Of a DNA stretch of 33,670 bases, positions 1 to 10,138 are shown piece by piece. The notes beneath the pieces are model-generated. The model worked only from the letters and a program-made list of their open reading frames with translations. It did not search any database and was not told where the DNA came from. A program made the position numbers and the translations under genes. This stretch comes from Paraglomus brasilianum. Taxonomy: Eukaryota. The stretch spans positions 1 through 33,670 of the forward strand of contig CAJVPI010000355.1 in NCBI GenBank assembly GCA_910592345.1, given 5' to 3'. Each line of letters begins with the position of its first letter. The stretch's first letter is position 1.

Positions 1-184
1 TCGTAGTAAGGGCGATAGTACGAGCTAAGCCTGGTAACATCCCCCGGTCGGCGAACACACCTACACGAAAAGATAAACCGCTCTCCCAAAACCCCCATTT
101 TATTTCCCGATCGTAACATGTCGGAGGAAAGGGATCCAAGAATGATTGCAGCGTTTACGCCTTGTGACATGGTCCTCTCTCCAT
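1..184 (-). CDS. Possible 5' end of a gene running off the window (MERGPCHKA|CVRRPGDVTRLSSYYRPYY...)
   Basis: ATG at 184, GTAAAC donor, TTTTCGTGTAG acceptor near 61, frame open to the window edge. No recognisable family. Confidence 0.3.
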
Positions 185-329
185 TATGAACTTTTTTTTT
201 ATTTGCTCACATAATGTTTAAATTCAGTTCCCTTGTCATCTTAAAACATATAGCGTTAATGCGTTAAATTAGCATCTCAACTCGGGCTAAAGCGCTTTAC
301 CACCTTTTTGTTGCATCTATAGTATGTAG

Positions 330-1097
330 TCACTCGTCGCTAGTCTCATCCGCATCTGTATTCTCATCTTCACTTTCATCATCACTGTCTCCTATATCCT
401 TTTCTGCGGGTATGTCTATCTCTTCTCCTCTCTCTAGCTTTCTTAAATAGGTACGTCGTTTTCTCTCGCTTAGTAGTGGCAATATCCTTTCCAAGTTTCT
501 TGATTCTTGCGAGGACTCTCTGCTATCAAAGAAATACAATATTGTAATGTCCCATTCTCATTACAAACGTTACATGTAAATGGGAAACAAAAAACTTACT
601 CAGATTTAATGTCCATTGTCTCTTGGCATTTGGCACAAACACCCTTTGTACTCGCACACTTGTTGCAGAGTATATGATATGCTTCTTTTACAGTTTTCTC
701 TAAACATCCAACACTAGAATTTGTCCAATGATCCAAGAGATTTTATACAAGTTGAAGTAAATGTGAGACCTCTTACTACGACGATAATAGAAATATAACG
801 TACCATTTCTTGGGTGTAGTGAGCGGTTTATACTTTTTGAATTGCTTTCTCCATTCAATTATCTCTCTACACCTATTACAGCTGCAAGAAAACCCAACTC
901 AGAATACTAATGCCAATCGACTGACGCATTCCTACATCTATAATATAGGAAACTCACACTCCGTTTATAGGCAATGCATTTATGTATTTTGATTTCTTTG
1001 AGTTTTTGTTTGGTTTAAATGCCTTTGTATTCTGGTACTTTTGTTGTTGCTTTTTCTTTCCACTGATGGAAATTTTCTTAGGCACATGCGAAGACAT
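330..1097 (-). CDS. C9orf85/DUF2039-family Cys-rich basic protein, 4 exons
   Basis: Spliced translation MSSHVPKKISISGKKKQQQKYQNTKAFKPNKNSKKSKYINALPINGVCNRCREIIEWRKQFKKYKPLTTPKKCVGCLEKTVKEAYHILCNKCASTKGVCAKCQE plus an acidic tail. Matches the C9orf85 pattern (GVCxRCxE..EWR..KYKPL..PKKC..C...VK..YH..C..CA...VCAKC). GT-AG introns. Confidence 0.9.
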
Positions 1098-1170
1098 TGT
1101 CCAAAATATTTCTTGCAGATCTCATCTCTATTCAGATCATGTGCAAAATTTTTTGCAAACGTTCAAAACC

Positions 1171-1700
1171 ATGACTAATTATAGCGTATTATCGATATAT
1201 AGACAGTTATTAAGAGAAGTGAGAATTCAGGTATTGCAATTAATTGGTTGTTACTCGTCTGGTTGAGTGTCCTCTTTAGATCATCTCTTGCGTGACCATA
1301 CTATACATTTGCATCGAATCTTATAGGACACACTTTTCTTATTCAATATTGATAGTTCGTGGCTCGCAACAAGAATACCTTGTGGGAGAACGAATTGAAA
1401 CAAAAGTTTCGAGATAATAGAGGCATCACCGACACTGAATTAATCAACATTCTGACCAAAGACGCACAAGACGTTTTGACATTTCTAAAGAGTACTCGCA
1501 AGCACGCTGTAAGATGTGGATCATTTTTAGGGAGAGTTATCTAGCCGTAATCCTCATGACTCATAAAGTTTTGTTCACCATTATAGGAACTCTTGCAACT
1601 ATACAATCCAACTCATGGATTGTCACAAGAAAGCAAATTGAAGTTGACTGCTAATCGAGTAGGCCTGACACTGTCAGATGCGACTAGTTCAAGTGAATAA
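1171..1700 (+). CDS. FMC1: Mitochondrial ATP synthase assembly factor FMC1-like (LYR-motif protein), 3 exons
   Basis: MTNYSVLSIYRQLLREVRIQ|FVARNKNTLWENELKQKFRDNR...FLKSTRKHA|ELLQLYNPTHGLSQESKLKLTANRVGLTL...*. N-terminal LYR-type motif and the FMC1-type C-terminal YNP...LTAxRVGL motif. Confidence 0.8.
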
Positions 1701-1884
1701 AGTGTGCGATTGTTTGAAATTGTATATTTTATAATAACCAACATAATATTGTTGAAAAGAATTTCTCCAAATTCTAATGGTTTTGTTTTATGAAACAGAC
1801 AAATTGTGACTTATATAAAGGTTCTAAGAAGATTCCTATCATCGAACCTTGAATGTAAACAATAGTCCTCGCTGAGCAAACTAC

Positions 1885-2971
1885 TTATACAGTCAATGCC
1901 TATAAAAATAATCAAAGTTAGAATCGCTCGATCAAGGAAAAAAATATTCTTTATGACAATTGTGGGGTAGGTCATACTAACCATAACGGCCTGTACAACG
2001 TCAGAATTATTCTTACGAAGAGCTCTGATAGCTTTCTTACGAGAACATTTCTGATTAAAAGACATGAAAAAATATATATATAGTTAGAATTAAAGAGAAA
2101 ATAAATTAAATAATTGTTTGACGACCAAATACGTACAGCTTGCATCATTACGAGCTCAATCTCCTTCTGAATATCTGCTTCATCTATTCCTTCGTCTTCA
2201 TCCTCGTCTTCCTCTTCATCCTCTTCTTCTTCCATAACTTCAACCTTGGGCGTTTCTTGAACTGTAGCCGATGCCTCGGGAGCACGGAATTGCTCGGCGG
2301 CAGGGGTCCGACTAGTAAGATCTTCTACCTTGGCCTCACCAAAGACGATGTAGCAATCTGATGTCGCTGACTTGTATACACCAGGGTTTTGCACAACAAA
2401 GAGCATCTGAAAAAAAAGAAGTGGTGATTAACTTGCAAAAGATAAATCCAATCGTCTGATCCGTAAAAATATTGCATCGGGTAAAATATTTGTTGCTCGC
2501 CGCTCCAACTCGCCGCATCCTACTTACACCATTTGGCCTACGAATGGTGACTCGGGCGATACCCGGCACAGATTTTACGCCCAGCTTTGTTATAGCCTTC
2601 CTAGCCTTTTTCTCGTTACGACTTGGACCCTTAGAAGCCTCAACCTGATCAGGGGATAATATACCTTCCTCTTCCAAAGCGGGCATTTCCTCATCGTCCG
2701 ATTCCTCTTCTGATTCGACGGTGGCGCCCTTACTATTATTGGTTTCGGCCTTTTTTGTTGTGTCGACCAAATCACTCTTACCCGCTTCTAACGTCATTGT
2801 TTCTACCTTGGTCACAACATCTGCATCTGCTATCTCAGCTTTGACCGTTTCAACCTTGGTCACAACATCTGCACTTGCTGTCTCAGCTTTGACCGTTTCA
2901 ATTTTGACTTTTTCAGCTCCGGGAGCAGATTTGAGAGGTCCTTTCGGATCGGTGGCGGGGTCGGAGGCCAT
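1885..2971 (-). CDS. EGD2: Nascent polypeptide-associated complex alpha subunit, 4 exons
   Basis: [62 protein letters not shown] (NAC domain). UBA-like end [35 protein letters not shown]. Confidence 0.95.
2805..2900 (-). repeat. In-frame 48-bp tandem duplication in the NAC-alpha N-terminal extension
   Basis: Units 2805-2852 and 2853-2900 encode [16 protein letters not shown] and [16 protein letters not shown]. Confidence 0.9.
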
Positions 2972-3545
2972 GGTAATAATATAGTGTGACTTGTGGCGGG
3001 GGAGGAAAATGATAATGGTTTTCTTTTTGATCAGATTCAGTTGAAATAAAAATAGGCAAAGGTACTCGCAAAGCTGTTTGTGTACAGTGCGATCCTGTTA
3101 TGCCAAGAGAAAATTTGGGGAAGCTTCTTTTTCTGTAATGCTATTAAAGAAGCTAAACAAGCAGGTTTTGCATTGCCAGTCTAATCTCCGAGACATGCTC
3201 CATAATATACATGGGTTGTATGTACCAAAGGCGCGCGATCCCATAATTTGTACACAAAAGAGCATCCATCCGTCACCACACGACGCGTCGTCGGTTGCTC
3301 CTTGCCAATGATGCTCGTATAGGCTAAGTAAACGTATCCCTCAAACAGACACTTACATGATATCAAATGGTTCCTTTAAGAATATACAGGGAAACTAGAA
3401 TTTGCGATGGGATTCTCCAACAATTTTCGTTGAACCAACATCTACGACTGTGACCAATCACAGACGTGAGATTGATTTTTTTAAAAAAAATCACAATTAC
3501 ACCCAAAAAAGCAAGTTTATGCCCAGTAGAACATGACGGACAAGT

Positions 3546-5000
3546 ATGTCGCGAACACTGTTTCGACGACTTTTCTGCGTCCGCAAGTTTCCTCTGACAA
3601 CCAATCAGACTTCGTTGTATTCCCCTAGAACTCTGTTGGGTCGGGTATTGGTGTCGGACGCAGTAGATCAACGAACTTTGGTTGGTTGCCAAAGGTAAAT
3701 ACGCGAATCAATGCTTTTGCATTATTGTTACTCAATATGCTGATTAACTATTATAGACGTACCAAGTCAAGTGTCTATACAAGGACTGGTGATAAAGGTG
3801 AGCTGGGATAGCGCACTATGCTGCTCTCGGAAAGATAAATAGCAATAATTATTCAGTAGCGACAGTGTATTAATGCTAATAGTAGTGATATGAATAGTAA
3901 CAATAAACATTACTTTATTTACCTAGGCACTTCTAGTCTTTATAATGGCGAGCGTCGCCCTAAGTATGATGATACCTTTCACGCGTTAGGGACAGTAGAC
4001 GAGTTGAATTCTAGCATTGGGTAGAGTTTTACGAGCATCGCAGTTGTGGCTTTGTCGTGTATGCCGGGATAGCATCTTGATCACAACGCATTTATTCACA
4101 ACGCATTTATTCACTGTAGGATCGCACATCATTATTGTAAAGAGACTGGTAACGGATTGGATTCTAAATTGGTGGAGGTTAGAACATTATATGTATACGG
4201 GTCACATTTATACGTTTGTTGACGTTGGGATAAATTCTTTACTAGATCCAATGCAAACTCATTGAATTAATGTCCAATATCGCGACGCCAAGAAATTCGA
4301 CGGATGGGAACAGACTGGGTATGGAAAAGCTGGTTCATGACGTGTTGATTAAGAAAATGCGTATTAATTATATTTGCTCGTGGGGAATGGATATGCATTT
4401 TTAGACCATACTGTATTTAATCAAGAGAATGTTCGGATACTAGAATCGTGGATTGACGAAATGGACGCGGTAAGTGATAAATACAGTTGATTAACGTTTC
4501 TGCTACTTGTCTGCTGACAGCTACGTTGAATTGCAGAACCTTCCTCCTCTGAAGCATTTTATTTTGCCATCGGGTGGAGAAAGTGCCATTTTCCTACATC
4601 AAGCGCGTTCTGTGGGTGATCTATTTTGTTTCTTGTAGTCATTATTTGACTTTGTTTGTAAGGGAAATCCGAACTTTGTTATGCTTAATCGTAATTGTTG
4701 TGTGTTTGCTAAAGATCTGTAGACGAGCTGAAAGAGTTGTTTCTCCTTTGGTGGAAAGTGGTGCTGCAGATTCCGAGGTTGGCCAATACTTGAACAGGTG
4801 ACTAAGGCTTTTGTTTACCCTGTTTCTGTCAAGTATCAGAGCTCATCAAGTATTTTTTTTTTTTTTCGCTGTTTGTTAGATTGAGCGACTTTTTCTTTGT
4901 GGCAGCAAGGCATGCCGCAAAGTTTGAAGGGAAAGTCGAAAATTATTATGAGCAGAGAAGGAAAGACAAGTCAAGTAACCTGGTAACAAGAGAATTGTGA
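3546..5000 (+). CDS. MMAB: ATP:cob(I)alamin adenosyltransferase (PduO/MMAB type) with a predicted mitochondrial presequence, 9 exons
   Basis: The spliced product has an Arg-rich leader [14 protein letters not shown], then [71 protein letters not shown] and [14 protein letters not shown]. All intron phases are consistent. Confidence 0.95.
4081..4114 (+). repeat. 15-bp tandem repeat in an MMAB intron
   Basis: (TCACAACGCATTTAT)x2 followed by TCAC, just before the acceptor. Confidence 0.85.
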
Positions 5001-5266
5001 AGGTTACAACATCCTCTTTATAAGATCAAAAAAATTGCCGTTAATGATATGGTAAATATTCACAAAAGCCTCCCCAAGAAATTTACAGTGCCGCCGCTGG
5101 TTGATTCATATTAGCATATTAAGATGTATAATTTAAGAATTCCCCTTAGTGGTCGTCACTGTTACTTCATATGCACGCGAATAAAATACAGTACAAGGGG
5201 GATCATCAGGATAACAGAAACCCCACATGATCCATCTTATATAGGAGCAGTTAATAGAACTGCTTA

Positions 5267-6352
5267 TTAGACCATGCTGCCAACGCAGCTTCCGCACGTT
5301 TTCTTGATGATAGTTCTGTGGAAAACAAAAGGGTAAAAGTTAAGCTATATGACTAAGTGCAGGGAGGCGTCTCTTAATCATCATTATTATTCTTACCTTC
5401 CATAAGGTATGTAACTTGCACTGATGTTTGGAAATAAAGTTAGTACTTTGATCCCCAATCTCTTGCTTGGACAGAAAAACAATAACATTCAGATACTTTA
5501 CCAGTACCAAAGGAGTGCACACCACTGAATAACACACATAATTAAACACACGATGAAGCTCTTCAACTGTAATGAACAAGAACGTGCTAATTAACACTCT
5601 TGCGCTTATGCAACACCACAACTCTACGTATCAATTGGGGGTGATACATTACCACGATAGCAGCGACTAAAGTGGCTGCCATTGCCGCAAGGAATAATAC
5701 CGAGGCAAACCATCGAACTACGTAACATATTACATGAGAACGTTGGTGCATCTCAATCTGCACAGATGCAAGAAAAGATGGAATGTACTAATCATAACAT
5801 ACCTGGTGCAAACATTGTCTTCACTTGCTTTTTGAAGCCAACCAAGAAGCCCGTACTAATCAATATAATAGTTTCAGTAAAACACGCCTTTGTAAAAATG
5901 CATATTTGCTGAGCATTACAGTTAGTACCTGATAAGGGATACAACGTTACCGAGGGTATAGAGGACGGCAAAGCCTGCTATGTTTCCTTGAATCAAGGCC
6001 AAAGACGACTATTTAATGAACCAAGAAACGAATTAAGAGACATATTTTAGATTACTTTAAACACAGCCACTTTATGCGTGAATTCGACCAAGAAACCCTA
6101 CCACTATACTAATGGCAAAGCCCACGACGAAACTAACGCAAGCGAATACGGGATATATATTCTTTAATTAATAAACTAAGCAGAGTCAAGCAGGTTTGCA
6201 TTACATTAATGCAGTTCTCTTAAACTCCAGTATACATGCCATATACCAAACGCATAGAGACGTTGGGTCCTTGACAACTTGAAACAGTCGTCAAAGACGC
6301 TTTTGTCGTCCATGGTCCCTTGATCACTCTCTGAACTATCCCAGAACCACAT
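5267..6352 (-). CDS. SFT2: SFT2/Got1-family vesicle transport membrane protein, 8 short exons
   Basis: Spliced: ...FKLSRTQRLYAFGIC|FVVGFAISIV|SSLALIQGNIAGFAVLYTLGNVVSLIS|TGFLVGFKKQVKTMFAP|VRWFASVLFLAAMAATLVAAIV|LKSFIVCLIMCVIQWCALLWYC|ASYIPYGR|TIIKKTCGSCVGSMV*. Start is 6352 or 6313. Not in the ORF track because the exons are tiny. Confidence 0.9.
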
Positions 6353-6556
6353 GGTTATAATCTTTTTGAACGAGTCGTGTTTATAGAGTAGAAAGGCCGC
6401 GATTTAACAATTTTTGTCCCAAAAAAATTTGTCACAAAAATAAGCCAGGAACTAAAAGTCCGAATACCCATTTCTTGCAATTTTTAATCATGTGACCATC
6501 ACGTCATTCTTTATACATGCAGGTGAGCGAATTAATCTCCATTTCACTTGTCAATA

Positions 6557-7106
6557 ATGTGTAAACATATACTAAACGCTCAAGTAAATAAAATATAATC
6601 GTTTTTGGCAACTCGTATAATCGTTATTTGTAATAACGGTTTATTAATAGACCATTCCATAACTTTGCTATTTTCAGGTTTCTATTCGTGCATCTTGCTG
6701 TAAACGGTGGTTTGACTGTGCAGAATGTCACGCAGAAGTGTCAGATCATGAGATCAGAAAGGCCGTAGAGATGGTTTTTGCCTGCAAAAAGTGCAAAAAG
6801 GTCTTTCGTAAAGATATGGAGAACTTTGACGAGACTGACGAGTATTGTCCACACTGTGACAACCACTATGTAATAGAAGCCAAGACCCCTCAAATAGGTA
6901 TTGGTGTCGAAGGAGATGATCCACGAAAGGATAACAGGTAACGAAGCAAACTGTGATGGAATTGGTTTCGCTTAGAATCAAAAACCGAGTTTAACGTGTA
7001 AAAACTTTTATTACCTTTGTCTTGCAGAATGTTAAAGGATGATCGTATGAGGCAAGATCCGTCAAAGAGTGTGTTATTTCCCGACTTTAGTAATCGTCAA
7101 TCGTGA
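6557..7106 (+). CDS. CHY-type zinc finger protein, 3 exons
   Basis: MCKHILNAQ|VSIRASCCKRWFDCAECHAEVSDHEIRKAVEMVFACKKCKKVFRKDMENFDETDEYCPHCDNHYVIEAKTP...R|MLKDDRMRQ...*. CHY Cys/His pattern. Confidence 0.9.
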
Positions 7107-7230
7107 ATGCTATGCCAATACCGTCGAATAGTAAAAATCATCAATATAAAAACTGCCATTTAATAGACTTAATTCTAGAATTTATAAAACTTAATAATTT
7201 ATTGCCAGCAAACAGTGGTCGGAGACATCA

Positions 7231-8197
7231 TTAATCTTTATTTACACCACTTTTTAAAATGTCCAAAAAGGTTTTCTTCGACATGGATGCGACTATAAAT
7301 ATTCCATAGAGACGGGTTAGAAAAAACTGTTGACGTATCAATCAATCTTAAAAAAAAAAAGGGCGATATCATTGTATTGACACTTTACCATCCTTTGCTT
7401 GACGAATCGTCAATTTACCATCGCCCCCTGCAGCTTCGACTGCCTCTTCGGCCGTCTTCTGAGCCATCTTGATAGCATTAAATAGCTGTACAACTATCAA
7501 AATACGCAAAGAGAGAGACTTTGTTAGAGTAATTAAATATATTCCAATTTCATAGCATCTGCCTCGTCTATTCTACTCACCTCCTTTAGTAGCGATTCGG
7601 CTTAACCTTTTCTCATGTTCAAACGTAGTGAATTGCGTCTTCACTCTATCCTTAGAGGCCTGTTTCTTCTTTTCCATAGCGGCCGCCTTACGTGCTCTCT
7701 GTTCGCTTTTCTCTTGATTAATTTGTCGTTCAATTCCCTTGGATCGAGATAATATTGGTGCCTGAATCAACAGTCGATGCAATAGTTTTTTAGAATGTTA
7801 GAAAGATTTGGGCAGACGTACGGCCCTCCCTAAGGCAAGCCTTGCTAAGATAAGACTGTAGAAAATACTCGATACTGATACATGTTGATCGGCAGCTTTC
7901 GTTCGACTGGATAAGATCCTGTTCATAGCACCAGCAAAATCCTCTGCTGTTGTCTTTTTCGACCTTGAGCGTTCTGTGTGTTTGTTTAAAAATAATTCGT
8001 GAGATATACGAGAATGAGCATTCCATAACTTGGTTCATATAAAGGTCGACAACTCAACTTTGACCAAGTCTATATATTTCAGAATCATCGCTACTACTCT
8101 CGTCGTCAACTACAACTCCTTCACTGTCATCATCACTGGTATCTGTTTCGGCGGTGTTAATCGATTCTTCCTCGATTTTTCTTCGTTTATTCTCCAT
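7231..8197 (-). CDS. RRP15: Ribosome biogenesis protein Rrp15, 5 exons
   Basis: Acidic N-terminus, then FAGAMNRILS, APILSRSK, FEHEKRLSRIATKG|VVQLFNAIKMAQ and MSKKTFLDILKSG. These are the Rrp15 signature blocks. Confidence 0.9.
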
Positions 8198-8429
8198 TTT
8201 GTTAACAAATATTATTTGGGTATGTTATAACAAACCAAAGTGAGCATGACGCCACAGAAAAAGATTTTAAAATTTTACTGAGCGCCACAGATATTTGACA
8301 CGTCACGTGAAAGGTATTTTGAAGTATGCACTATAATAATAATAATAATGTCGTCCCTTATCTTTTAATTACCCATCTGAGGGTTGTTCGTCGTAACTAA
8401 ACTTTTTTTAAGCAGACCTACAATTATGC

Positions 8430-8630
8430 TCGACTGCCAATCTCAAGTTCAGCCCATAAACATTAAAGTCAGGAGTTTGACAGGCCAAGGATTCATTTTT
8501 TATTGTATTAGAATTATGTGGGGCAGACTGCAACAAAACCAGACAAAGTGAACATTTTATAAATGAGAGGCTGATTATGATGTGGCTGTAAAATTGACCA
8601 GTGTGATAATGACGTTTTGAAAAGTAATAA
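8430..8630 (-). mobile_element. Degenerate Tc1/mariner transposase remnant
   Basis: Across frameshifts the minus strand reads PWP-QTPDFN---LWAELE, resembling the Tc1 WPxQSPDLNPIENLWxEL motif. No TIRs found. Confidence 0.5.
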
Positions 8631-8753
8631 TAGTGCTCATTCATAACTTATGGACTGGTTAATTTTAATGCTCGCTTTATCATACCAGAATGTGAGAAAT
8701 ATAAACCATAACAGGAGCAATATAGGATTACCTCTATATATAAAAATATTAAT

Positions 8754-9011
8754 ATGAAACTAATTTACATTAAATCCACTATGGAACCCAAGAATTACAG
8801 CACCATTAGAAGTATTCTAAAAAAAGCTCAAGGAGAAAAAATCGCTCCATATGTTTTCAAAATCAATGATACCCAAACTCTCCAGGAATACCTAAATAAA
8901 GAAAAAATTACTTATGAAATTTACCAAGAAGAACGAAAAATAATAAGCATTAAATGAACCTTCACAACAACTTATGATAAACCAAGAAAGAAAAGAAACC
9001 TGGCAGAATAA
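8754..9011 (+). CDS. Small intron-less AT-rich ORF (67 aa; 85 aa if UGA=Trp) with a Cas2/VapD-like ferredoxin-fold pattern
   Basis: MKLIYIKSTMEPKNYSTIRSILKKAQGEKIAPYVFKINDTQTLQEYLNKEKITYEIYQEERKIISIK[TGA]TFTTTYDKPRKKRNLAE*. Strongly A/T-ending codons. The fold call is by eye only. Confidence 0.4.
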
Positions 9012-9143
9012 ACAATCAAATCATTATTAATCATTATCCTCATCATCCTCTTCTTCTAGTTCAGCAGGCCCTTCTCATCATTTAGCAATGAGTCTTGTCA
9101 ACAATTTTTTTATTATCTATTTATCAAAAAGCAATAATAAATC

Positions 9144-9280
9144 TCCCCCCGGCGCGTCGCTGGCAACAGTGGGGTGCTAAGCGGGGGGGACAAAGGGCAA
9201 ACGGGACGAACCAGCGGCCCGGGTAGAGACTATGGGCAACGAAAGTGAATCCAGGGCGGAACGTGATGATTGATCGAAAG
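9144..9280 (+). ncRNA. GC-rich structured-RNA-like segment, possibly a self-splicing (group II) intron fragment
   Basis: Hairpin 9144-9190: TCCCCCC/GGGGGGA, GCGC/GTGC and TCGCTG-GCAA-CAGTGG, with G-U pairs and a GNRA loop. A second AC-GAAA-GT element sits at ~9239-9246. The identity is an inference. Confidence 0.4.
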
Positions 9281-9430
9281 TTTTGTTCAAAATTTAACAT
9301 GTCATTATACTAATATTGTTGACAAAGTAACCGTGTTATTTATCGACTTTATTCCAAAGCAAAAACTTGTATTCAGTTTGAGGCAAAATTTAATTGTACA
9401 GCAATCAAGCAAAAGCTAAGGCGTAACGCG

Positions 9431-9443
9431 GTGGCGGAGCCAC
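9431..9443. repeat. Small GC-rich inverted repeat (GTGGC-GGA-GCCAC) immediately before a dpo fragment
   Basis: Perfect 5-bp stem, extendable with a bulge. Resembles the small GC-rich inverted repeats of fungal mtDNA. Confidence 0.55.
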
Positions 9444-9444
9444 G

Positions 9445-9633
9445 CTAGGGGGTAAAGTAGTATATTGTGCTACCGACTCAGATTATACAGACATTCAGCT
9501 TCCCGCTCATTTAGTGGGTCCAGAATTAGGGCAGATGAAACTGGAACACGCTATAGCAGAAGGGTATTTCGCAGGTCACGGCAGGTATGCCTTGAAGGAC
9601 CAAGACTTCTGCAGCGGCCTGCACCATCTGTAG
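9445..9633 (+). pseudogene. Fragment of a mitochondrial linear-plasmid-type family B DNA polymerase (dpo), motif C region
   Basis: A frame absent from the ORF track reads LGGKVVYCATDSDYTDIQLPAHLVGPELGQMKLEHAIAEGYFAGHGRYAL, matching the dpo pattern GGKIYYSDTDS..TD..LP..LVG.ELG..KLE..I.E..F...K.Y. The first motif-C Asp is Ala (GCT). Confidence 0.8.
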
Positions 9634-9654
9634 ACAGCATCAAGCGAGTGCTGC

Positions 9655-9910
9655 CAACTTTCCCATTTTCAATATAAAGAGTGTCATTATTTATTTGCCG
9701 AGTTATTTTATTATCTTTTACAAAGTCAATAAAATTGAAAATTTCTTTACCATTTTCTTTACGCAAGAGTACAGAGACTTGGTATTTATTATCTCCTAAA
9801 TACGTTCTCTTTAAATCATAACTATCACTGTAATGGAAGAAATCAGTATTACCCTCTGTTTTATATAGAGCCCCAAGCATAGTATTAACAGATAAGCACT
9901 TGGATGTGAA
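9655..9910 (-). pseudogene. Second dpo-like fragment (N-terminal, pre-exonuclease-like region), inverted relative to the first
   Basis: ...DNKYQVSVLLRKENGKEIFNFIDFVKDNKITRQINNDTLYIENGKV resembles the F.D.....TR.I.N..Y..NG block of plasmid dpo proteins. The AT-rich composition switches abruptly at ~9655. Confidence 0.5.
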
Positions 9911-10063
9911 TAAATGCTTATGGTATAGTTCAACATAAATAATTACAAGTGCAAGGCCTTCGTTAATTTAAGCCAAACAAAAATTAATTATACTAATTGA
10001 AGATCGCCCACTAAAGTTGATATGAGTACTATATTGTGAAAACTCGATTTAGCGGATCTTTTG

Positions 10064-10102
10064 ATTTAGGGGAGGAACCGTAGCCTCCGTGAAATTCTAA
10101 AT
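10064..10102 (-). terminator. Hairpin downstream of the code-4 ORF
   Basis: GGAGG/CCTCC stem (10071-10088) inside outer ATTTAG/CTAAAT arms, ~40 nt after the ORF stop. No clear U-tract. Confidence 0.3.
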
Positions 10103-10138
10103 TTCGAAAGTCTCGTTGAATTGGATGCTGTAAAAACT

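Noticed and set aside
2140..2984. Plus-strand ORFs 2140-2361 and 2721-2984, and similar antisense ORFs such as 6754-6981, 17477-17878 and 24450-24973
   Set aside because: Shadows of real genes on the opposite strand.
8754..9011. CRISPR-Cas system implied by the Cas2-like ORF
   Set aside because: No repeat-spacer array or other cas-like gene anywhere in the window.
9263..9279. Hammerhead-like TGATGA...GAAA
   Set aside because: Lacks the C of CUGAUGA, a proper stem II and matching stems I/III.
9450..9480. TAGTATATT / TGCTACCGA as a CRESS-virus or rolling-circle plasmid nick site
   Set aside because: These bases are the codons of dpo motif C (VVYCATDS). There is no convincing stem-loop and no Rep gene nearby.
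9465..9677. ORF-track ORF 9465-9677 (+) and the C-terminal part of 9551-9880 (-)
   Set aside because: Wrong-frame or antisense read-through across the dpo fragments; the meaningful plus frame is 9445-9633.
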